Below, piece by piece: positions 26,514 to 33,246 of a DNA stretch of 39,214 nt. The stretch's first letter is position 1. Each line of letters starts with the position of its first letter. Source of the stretch: a virus (Duplodnaviria; Caudoviricetes). Both the position numbers and the translations under genes were made by a program. The notes beneath the pieces are model-generated. The model saw nothing but the letters and a program-made list of their open reading frames with translations. It did not search any database and was not told where the DNA came from. Location of the stretch: positions 1 through 39,214 of IMG/VR virus record IMGVR_UViG_3300010361_000023; one strand, 5' to 3'.

Positions 26514-27937
26514 GGCTTCTTCTCCACCGCTGCGAGCAGCCTGAATTCGGCGCTATTCAACTTGGCGTGAGCCTCGTAGATTGCCGTCTCCAACTCCCGC
26601 ACGCGAGCCTCGGCGGATTCGGCGTTGGCGTGCTCCATCCGGTAGAGATTCTCCGCCGCGTCCGCCCGCGCGATGGCAGCGACCCGCTGCGACTCGATGC
26701 TCGCGCAAGTCGATTCGTAGACGTCCTTGCGCACCGTGAAGTCCACGACTTCCTGAAGCGACTTGGCGGTGTCGTTCGCCTTCGTCTTCCACTCCTCCCG
26801 CTCCGCGACGACGCGGCGGGCTTCGTCGGTGATGGCCATGTTTGCCGGTACGCGCAGGACCTCGCGCACCATGCTCAGCACCTCACGAGTCGTTTTTGCG
26901 TCCGCATTGGCGAGGGTCGCCGACAGTTCTGCGTCCCGCTTCGCCTCCGCCACCCGCTTCTCGACGACGTCGGCGCGGACTACGCGAATCGACGGACGCG
27001 GGCGGTTCAAGCCACTCCCGATCGTCGACCAGCACTCGATGCCGCTCCCCACCTGATAGAGCGTCATCTCTACAGGCTTACCGTCGTCGTCGCGCACTAT
27101 CTCCGGCGCCTCCGCGGCCTTGACCTCGGCCGCTACCGGCGTGGACGAATCGTGACGGCCACCACGAACGCCACCAGCACTAGAAGTGCCCAAAACATCG
27201 CCAGATACGCCGTCCACCGCCACGCCGTGTCCTGATTCAGCCACTCGAGCATCGGGGGCCTCCCACATCGGGCATGTACGAGCATGCCTCGGGTATTTAC
27301 CTTGGGACGTGCAGAGACAGTCGGAGTCAACCTCGCCGGCACCGCTCCCCGGGGCACTTCCGCTTGCGTCATTCCGCAGAGGCGATGGGGAGGGTGCGTG
27401 GTTCGGTGCCGGCTCTTCGGGGACCCCCGTCCGGCTCGAGGGGAAAACGCCGGCTTCGTCCGGTTTCCCCGAAGTCTTCGCTTTCGCGGCCCGTTCCTCG
27501 ACGCCGAGAGCGTGAAACCAGGCGCGAGTGACGGAACAACTGGCGTCGCCACTACTGCCCCAGTCTGGAAAGTCGCACGCCTGGTACTTCCGGAAACAGC
27601 TCGTGCAAGCTACGGCGCAATCTGTCTTCGCGCCGCAGCACGGGCAAATCGTAAGCGGTCCCGTGCGTTCGTAGTGGTCTGCGGGGTGGGTTGCGGATTG
27701 GGCTGGCACTTCAGTTCCCACATGGACGGCGCGCACCGAGCTGCCGGTGCGTTGGTCCACGATAACGAATTGGTCTTTCGGCATGTCAGGATCCACGACG
27801 ATTCGCATACCCACCGCTTCTGCCTCCAGCTCACGGGTGAGTCTGGCGATTTCGTTGTCAACCTCTCTTCCCCATCGATACCGCGTCCATCGAAGCGCCT
27901 CGATGCGTACCTGCTTGAGTTCTCGATCAGAGCTCAT
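26510..27937 (-). CDS. Mosaic hypothetical protein (Cys clusters, low-complexity linkers, C-terminal coiled coil)
   Basis: SD AAGGGG, ATG 27937; CPCC...C...CTSC; linkers coincide with nucleotide hairpins. Confidence 0.7.
   Translation of the reverse strand: MSSDRELKQVRIEALRWTRYRWGREVDNEIARLTRELEAEAVGMRIVVDPDMPKDQFVIVDQRTGSSVRAVHVGTEVPAQSATHPADHYERTGPLTICPCCGAKTDCAVACTSCFRKYQACDFPDWGSSGDASCSVTRAWFHALGVEERAAKAKTSGKPDEAGVFPSSRTGVPEEPAPNHAPSPSPLRNDASGSAPGSGAGEVDSDCLCTSQGKYPRHARTCPMWEAPDARVAESGHGVAVDGVSGDVLGTSSAGGVRGGRHDSSTPVAAEVKAAEAPEIVRDDDGKPVEMTLYQVGSGIECWSTIGSGLNRPRPSIRVVRADVVEKRVAEAKRDAELSATLANADAKTTREVLSMVREVLRVPANMAITDEARRVVAEREEWKTKANDTAKSLQEVVDFTVRKDVYESTCASIESQRVAAIARADAAENLYRMEHANAESAEARVRELETAIYEAHAKLNSAEFRLLAAVEKKP
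27133..27252 (-). CDS. Nested 39-aa single-TM peptide
   Basis: SD GGGAGG just upstream of ATG 27252; MLEWLNQDTAWRWTAYLAMFWALLVLVAFVVAVTIRPRR in a different frame of the larger ORF. Confidence 0.45.
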   Translation of the reverse strand: MLEWLNQDTAWRWTAYLAMFWALLVLVAFVVAVTIRPRR

Positions 27938-28751
27938 CGTCGTCCCCCTTCTCCCATTCATCCACGTCGCACGGTACCGGCACCTCGGTATAGCCGGGGA
28001 AGTGGTCGCTCACCTCGCACGCGCGCAGGCGATCGGTCCAGAGGACGAGGCTCTTGCGGGCCCGCTCGATCATGGCCGGCGTCAGAACGAGGACCGTGCA
28101 GCAATGGGGCGGGGTCGCCTCGACGCCGACGATGGCGAGCTCGTAGTCAGCCCATTCCAGCTTCGCGGTCTGGTAGAGCGTAATTTGCTGAGGCCAGAGG
28201 CGTTCGCGCGCGTGGCGGGCGAATCGACGGGGCTCGGTGGAGTTCGTGACCTTGAGATCGGAGATCAGGTTCCAACCGACGACATCCACACCACGGGTGA
28301 CGAACGGAAGGCCGAACGCGTCCCATTCGAGGGCGACCTGGGGCTCGCCGGTGAGGTAGTCACTGGCGGCGCGGTCACGCGAGAGCGCGTCGGCGATGTT
28401 CTTGGCAGTTTCGAGCTCGTCGAGGTCGTAGATCTCGAAGGCGGCATACCGCTTCTTGAACGTCTCCCATTCGTTGCCAGCACGGAGAGGCGGCTTGCCC
28501 TCGGCCTTTCGCTTCTCCGATCCCTCCCACACGACGTAGTCGTGCGTCCCCGGAAACACGAGCGCGTCGACGAGCGCGCCGAGCCGCATCGCGGGCGTCG
28601 GCTCGGTCTCGGGGGCGTTAACCGAGTAGAGGTAGTGGGCCGGAGACTTGGCCATTTCCTTCAAGTCGGAGAAGTGGACGCGGCCGTCGGAGGCGCGGGT
28701 GTTAATCTTGCGAACGGCATTGATCCGCGCGTACTGGGCTTCAGCGGTCAT
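27927..28751 (-). CDS. PD-(D/E)XK exonuclease (RecE/exoVIII-like, DUF3799 type)
   Basis: FSDLK.MAKSPAHY, TPAMRLG, GVDVV....ISDLKVT, QITLYQ motifs; ATG 28751. Confidence 0.85.
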   Translation of the reverse strand: MTAEAQYARINAVRKINTRASDGRVHFSDLKEMAKSPAHYLYSVNAPETEPTPAMRLGALVDALVFPGTHDYVVWEGSEKRKAEGKPPLRAGNEWETFKKRYAAFEIYDLDELETAKNIADALSRDRAASDYLTGEPQVALEWDAFGLPFVTRGVDVVGWNLISDLKVTNSTEPRRFARHARERLWPQQITLYQTAKLEWADYELAIVGVEATPPHCCTVLVLTPAMIERARKSLVLWTDRLRACEVSDHFPGYTEVPVPCDVDEWEKGDDDEL

Positions 28752-29203
28752 GGCGCCGCCCCTTCCAGCGCCCCCGTCATCGGCGCCTCGCTCGGCTTCA
28801 CGTTCACGATCCGGACGCCGCCCGTCTTCGTCGTGCCGAAGGTCACGGCCTCGTCGACGTAGAGCTGGATCGACTTGCCGATCCAACCCTGCATGATCGG
28901 GCCGTAGAGCGTGATCAGCGTCTTGCGGTTCACCTGATTGCAGATCCAAAACTTCTTCTGGCCGCGGAACTCGATCCGGAGCTTGTTGAGCGGCTCCTCG
29001 ACCTCGGAGCCGTCACTCAGCTTCTTCTTCCGACGATGCGCTGGCTTGTAGAGGGTCACACGCTCGATCACGAGGACGGGCCGGAGCCGGGCGCCGGTCT
29101 CGGGATGCACGAGGTCCCATTGCCCGATCGCGTTGTGCTCAACGACGGCGCGGGCGTCGAGAGGGGAGGAGGTGGTGGAGTCGACTTTCCACGAGGTGGT
29201 CAT
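28748..29203 (-). CDS. Putative ssDNA annealing/binding protein
   Basis: IGQWDL...KKFWICNQVN...LYG....WIGKSIQLY pattern; coupled to exonuclease. Confidence 0.55.
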   Translation of the reverse strand: MTTSWKVDSTTSSPLDARAVVEHNAIGQWDLVHPETGARLRPVLVIERVTLYKPAHRRKKKLSDGSEVEEPLNKLRIEFRGQKKFWICNQVNRKTLITLYGPIMQGWIGKSIQLYVDEAVTFGTTKTGGVRIVNVKPSEAPMTGALEGAAP

Positions 29204-29394
29204 CGGGCAGCTTCCTTTGCCACCAGATCGCGAATGAGCTGCGCCATCGAGACGCCGCGCAATCTGGCCAAGCGTCTGCAAGCCTGCCTCGCAGCCAGGC
29301 TGCCGAAGCTCACGTATAGGCCAACCTTTTCCTGTTCCGGGCGACTCTTGCTCCCCTTAGGGCGCCCGCGTCGCATCGCTTTCGTCATCGTCAT
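29200..29394 (-). CDS. DNA-binding regulator (AT-hook-like plus ribbon-helix-helix)
   Basis: RRGRPKGSK and RLARLRGVSMAQLIRDLV. Confidence 0.7.
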   Translation of the reverse strand: MTMTKAMRRGRPKGSKSRPEQEKVGLYVSFGSLAARQACRRLARLRGVSMAQLIRDLVAKEAAR

Positions 29395-29445
29395 GAGAAA
29401 TAGTCTTGCATCGAGAAGCGAGCCGTGTCAATTCTATTTCTCATG
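29392..29445. promoter_or_regulatory. Divergent promoter region with 12-bp inverted operator arms covering both start codons
   Basis: CATGAGAAATAG (29392-29403) / CTATTTCTCATG (29434-29445); TTGCAT (+) and TTGACA (-) -35 hexamers between them. Confidence 0.7.
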
Positions 29446-30081
29446 TCAGCGACAGGCCGCAGCGACGTACGACGCAAGGACGACTTCTACGCCACCCCGG
29501 GCTGGTGCACGAGGTCAATATTGCCCCACCTTTCGACCGGCAGATCGGTGCTCGATCCGTGCTGCGGCGACGGCGCGATCCTCGTCGAGTGTCAGGCGCG
29601 CGGGCTCGAGTGCCACGGCATCGAGCTCCGGGAGCGAGGCGGCTCGAGCCTCTTCAAGTCGATGCGGCAGGCGGACGCGCTCGATCTCGCAGTGCCCTGG
29701 AATGTCGCCGACTGCATCATCACGAACCCGCCCTACTCGCACGCGATGGGGTTCGTGATGCGCGCGATCCAGCTCCGGATTGAAGCCGCGTTCCTCCTGC
29801 GTCTGAACTGGCTCGGGGGCCAGCGACGGGCCGCCTTCCACCGCAAGTACCCGAGTGACGTCTATGTGCTGCCGCGACGACCTTCCTTCGTCGGCAAGGG
29901 CACCGACGCGACCGAGTACGCCTGGTGCGTGTGGGGGCCCGGACGCGGCGGCAGGTGGTCCGTGCTCGAGGTGGAGTCGTCGTCGAGGGGCGGCCGAGTC
30001 GACTCGAGGCTGGCCCTGACCATCGCGACAGAGGCTGCGACCTTGAAGCAAGAGAGCCTTTTCAAACCGGAGACCCTATGA
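29443..30081 (+). CDS. DNA N6-adenine (amino) methyltransferase
   Basis: DFYATP, motif I VLDPCCGDGAI, motif IV IITNPPY. Confidence 0.9.
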   Translation: MSATGRSDVRRKDDFYATPGWCTRSILPHLSTGRSVLDPCCGDGAILVECQARGLECHGIELRERGGSSLFKSMRQADALDLAVPWNVADCIITNPPYSHAMGFVMRAIQLRIEAAFLLRLNWLGGQRRAAFHRKYPSDVYVLPRRPSFVGKGTDATEYAWCVWGPGRGGRWSVLEVESSSRGGRVDSRLALTIATEAATLKQESLFKPETL

Positions 30082-30473
30082 AGATCTACCTCACCGGCGC
30101 ATCGAAGGAACTCGAACTCTGCGAATCGTTCCGGGACCGGCTGCGCGCCGCCGGACACGTCATCACCCACGACTGGATGCGCGAGATCCGGTGCTGCCCC
30201 GTGTCCGACCACGATCTCTCCCACGAGTCGCGGGTCCAGTACGCCCTCGACGACATGCGGGGCGTGATGGCAGCGGACATAACGTGGATCCTCATCCCGG
30301 AGAACACGAGCGCCGGATGCTGGGTCGAGATGGGCATCGCACTCGGCGTCGGCGGCTGCGTCGTCGTCTCCGGGAACTGGCGCAAGTGCATCTTCGCGGA
30401 CCTCGCGGTGTACCGGTTTACGACGCATGAGAGCGCGCTCGAGTGGATTACGACGGAGGCGACGGCGGCATGA
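30078..30473 (+). CDS. Nucleoside 2-deoxyribosyltransferase / nucleotide N-hydrolase-like protein
   Basis: KIYLTG, D..GV..AD and SAGCWVEMGIALG motifs of the NDT fold. Confidence 0.8.
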   Translation: MKIYLTGASKELELCESFRDRLRAAGHVITHDWMREIRCCPVSDHDLSHESRVQYALDDMRGVMAADITWILIPENTSAGCWVEMGIALGVGGCVVVSGNWRKCIFADLAVYRFTTHESALEWITTEATAA

Positions 30474-30682
30474 AATTCCCGACCGCAACGAACGACTACA
30501 CGAGCGCAGAGACATACCAAAAGGCCGAACGCATCCAAGAGCTCTCACGCCGGCTCGAGATCGACCTCGTCGAGTTCTTCATGGTCCACATGCACTTGCC
30601 GGGGCCGCCGACGCTGGAGCAGGCGCGGGCGGCGATTGGGCCGATGGTGACGAGGGCGCTCGAGAGGGCGAGGGCGGCGTGA
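30470..30682 (+). CDS. Hypothetical protein
   Basis: Coupled overlaps at both ends; SD GGAGG. Confidence 0.7.
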   Translation: MKFPTATNDYTSAETYQKAERIQELSRRLEIDLVEFFMVHMHLPGPPTLEQARAAIGPMVTRALERARAA

Positions 30683-31371
30683 AGACCGACAATGCAGCCG
30701 TATTATTGAGCGGCGGAATGGATAGCGTCGCTGCGCTCTGGTGGGCGCGCGCCCGGTATGACCGCGTCGCTGCGATGCTATTCGACTACGGGCAGCCCAA
30801 TCGAGACCAGGAACTGACGGCCGCCTATCGCGCCGCCGAAGACGCGCGGGCCGACCTGAATCTCCGGTTTGCGCTCGCCGACACACTGCCGAGGGGACGC
30901 GGCATCCTCGCGGGCATCGTCGACCATGACGATCAGGCACACGGACTATCGCCAGCCTTCGTCCCTGGACGCAACCTCGTGATGCTCACGGTTGCCGCTG
31001 CGCACGCGTGCGTCGCCTTTCCGAACGGAAACATAGACCTCGTAATTGGCGCGTGCAAGGAAGACGCGGCCGGCTTCCCTGACTGTCGGGCCGGCGTCTT
31101 CTCCAAGCTCGCCGAGGCGCTACGCGCTGGTAACGGCCGACAAATCGGCATCGTGGCGCCGTGGGTCGACCTGCACAAGGCGTCGATCTGGGGACTCATC
31201 TCGGCGGAGGCACGCGAATCGGTCGCGCGGTCGTGGAGTTGTTATCGCGCAGATGGCCCGTGCGGCGCCTGCACGGCATGTGTTCTTCGCGCCCGCGCGT
31301 TCGCTGCCGCTGGCATCGAGGACCGATGCACCCGCGCGGCGATGACCGGCGGTGACGGAAGATGCTGGTGA
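30679..31371 (+). CDS. queC: 7-cyano-7-deazaguanine synthase
   Basis: LSGGMDS PP-loop, FDYGQ, FVPGRN, FPDCR, SWSCY...CGACTAC zinc site; GTG 30679. Confidence 0.93.
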   Translation: MKTDNAAVLLSGGMDSVAALWWARARYDRVAAMLFDYGQPNRDQELTAAYRAAEDARADLNLRFALADTLPRGRGILAGIVDHDDQAHGLSPAFVPGRNLVMLTVAAAHACVAFPNGNIDLVIGACKEDAAGFPDCRAGVFSKLAEALRAGNGRQIGIVAPWVDLHKASIWGLISAEARESVARSWSCYRADGPCGACTACVLRARAFAAAGIEDRCTRAAMTGGDGRCW

Positions 31372-31973
31372 TGGTCGGCTCGACGCGATCCCGTCGCGCC
31401 ATTGCGCGCCTTCGTGAGCTCGGTTGGGGCCGAGTCTTTTGCGAGAAGCCGACGCCATACCCTGGCGAGCCTTGGGCGCTCGACAATGGAGCGTTCGCGG
31501 CGTGGAAGAACGGGAAGCCGTTCGACGCCGACCGCTTCGCGGCGCGCGCGTGGAACGCCGCAGGGCTCGCACCCGTATTCGGAGTACTTCCCGACATCGT
31601 CGGGGGCGGAGTTGAGAGTCTGGCCCTCTCGCTTGCGTGGCTCCCGAGGCTACCGCCCATCGCCTGGTATCTCGCGGTCCAGGACGGAATGACAACCGCC
31701 ATGGTGGAACCTCTGCTCGATCATGTCGCGGGCCTGTTCCTCGGCGGGACGACGGAGTTCAAGGGCACGGCACCGATCTGGGCGCACATGGCTCACACAG
31801 CCGGCAAGCGGTTCCACTACGCCCGCGTCTCGACGGAAATACATATTAGAAGAGCCATAGACTGCGGGGCCGACTCGATCGACTCAACGCAGCCGCTCTG
31901 GAGCAAGCGGCACTGGATCAAGTTCGAGCGCGACGTATTCGACAACTTGACTCAGGAAGTCCTATTTCGATGA
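31362..31973 (+). CDS. DpdA/TGT-like deazapurine transglycosylase-family protein
   Basis: WALDNGAF, PDIVG, AVQDG, LFLGG.TEFK, HYARV, DSIDS motifs; next to queC. Confidence 0.75.
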   Translation: MLVMVGSTRSRRAIARLRELGWGRVFCEKPTPYPGEPWALDNGAFAAWKNGKPFDADRFAARAWNAAGLAPVFGVLPDIVGGGVESLALSLAWLPRLPPIAWYLAVQDGMTTAMVEPLLDHVAGLFLGGTTEFKGTAPIWAHMAHTAGKRFHYARVSTEIHIRRAIDCGADSIDSTQPLWSKRHWIKFERDVFDNLTQEVLFR

Positions 31974-32170
31974 CCGCCATCGACGACGCCGCTCCGATCC
32001 TGAAAGCCGCCATGCGTGAGTACCGCGACGCCGGGATCGAGTACGCGATGAACCCGACGAGCACGGACGCACTCCGGCGCATGCAGCGGGCAGCGAAGAA
32101 GATGCTCGTGGCCGAGATCGCGATGAGCGACGCGGAGATCCTCGAGATGACGGGGATGGTCGGTGGCTGA
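31970..32170 (+). CDS. Hypothetical protein
   Basis: ATGA-coupled 66 aa ORF. Confidence 0.7.
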   Translation: MTAIDDAAPILKAAMREYRDAGIEYAMNPTSTDALRRMQRAAKKMLVAEIAMSDAEILEMTGMVGG

Positions 32171-32591
32171 CGACCGATTCGCCCTAACCTGCCCCGGCTG
32201 CGGCCTCCGGACGATCGATCCGGCAACGCGGCGTTGCGACTGCGGCGGCATCAAGGGCGTCACCGGGTTCCAGCACGCGGCGACGTTCGACTTCGAGGCC
32301 GATTCCGAGCACGAGGCAGGGCCACCAAGCGTCTCGAGCGTCCGGTACGGGTTCGGGTCGCTCGACGGAGAATGTTTCGTGTACGACGCGTCGGCGGCGC
32401 TTCCGCTGAGGGAGAGGCCGCCATGCGATGCGAGTGCTGCGACCGGGATTCGGCCATCTGGGCTGTCACTTCGAACGGATGGATCCTCTGCGACGGGTGC
32501 GTCTACTCCGAGTTCATTGCCTTCATCGTTCACGCCCGGTACGCGTGGCGGAAGGCGTAGAGCAAAGGCTGGACAAGGCTCGCTTTTTTGA
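32163..32591 (+). CDS. Hypothetical Zn-ribbon protein ending in QGSLF
   Basis: CPGC...CDCG; overlaps previous gene. Confidence 0.55.
   Translation: MADDRFALTCPGCGLRTIDPATRRCDCGGIKGVTGFQHAATFDFEADSEHEAGPPSVSSVRYGFGSLDGECFVYDASAALPLRERPPCDASAATGIRPSGLSLRTDGSSATGASTPSSLPSSFTPGTRGGRRRAKAGQGSLF
32423..32560 (+). CDS. Nested 45-aa CxxC-CxxC protein
   Basis: SD GGGAGAGG, ATG 32423; MRCECCDRD...LCDGCVY. Confidence 0.45.
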   Translation: MRCECCDRDSAIWAVTSNGWILCDGCVYSEFIAFIVHARYAWRKA

Positions 32592-32694
32592 CCACCATCC
32601 CCCCCACCCTACCACGCACGGCGGGGGGCGGGGGGCGGGCCGGGCCGGGCGGCGGTTTTGCGGGCGGGGCAGCGGGAGGGAGGGCGGTCCCCCC
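32592..32694. repeat. 103-bp GC-rich inverted repeat, copy 2
   Basis: Exact reverse complement of 1..103. Confidence 0.95.
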
Positions 32695-32816
32695 TCCTCC
32701 GCGTGCGCCTACACTTTCCTACCCGGGTCATTCCGCACCCAATTACGGCGCGAGCCCGGAAGATCTACCCTGTCACTCCGGCCCCCGACGTCCCACGGCT
32801 CCAGACCGAATGGCTT

Positions 32817-33244
32817 GCTACGGTTGAGCTAGAGCGCACGCGCGCTCGCTCCCGCGTGCCAGCGGCGCAGCCAAGGCGCGAAGCGTGCCCGAAAGCGGAA
32901 GCGGCCCCGCATGACGGATCGGCTCCGGCCCCCTCGGAGCCCACCCTCCACCCGAATAGCAGATTCGGTGCCAGGGGGGCAAAACCTAACCGTATCCTAA
33001 CCGCTACGGTTGAGCTAAAGGGGGTTGAGGGGGTTGAGGGGGTTGGTTTCCCCAGCCGTAAAGTGAGGGCGGCTCAGCCGTGGAATCCTGTACGGCTATA
33101 CTATCCGTCTTCTCTATTACTCTAGGGATCCAACCCCCTCAACCCCCTCAACCCCCTCTGGCGTCATTCTGCAGCCTTTTTCGGCTCTGTCGCGAGAGGG
33201 GGTTGCAGAGGGGGTTGACCGAGCAACCCCCTTTAGCTCAACCG
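32817..33244. repeat. Iteron array, putative replication origin
   Basis: Nine AGGGGGTTG 9-mers in both orientations, 21-bp IR 33007-33027/33224-33244, 15-bp DR 32817/33003; abuts helicase stop. Confidence 0.75.
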
Positions 33245-33246
33245 GT

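Noticed and set aside
33003-33244. CRISPR array
   Set aside because: Repeats are 9-mers, tandem and inverted, without unique spacers; no cas genes.
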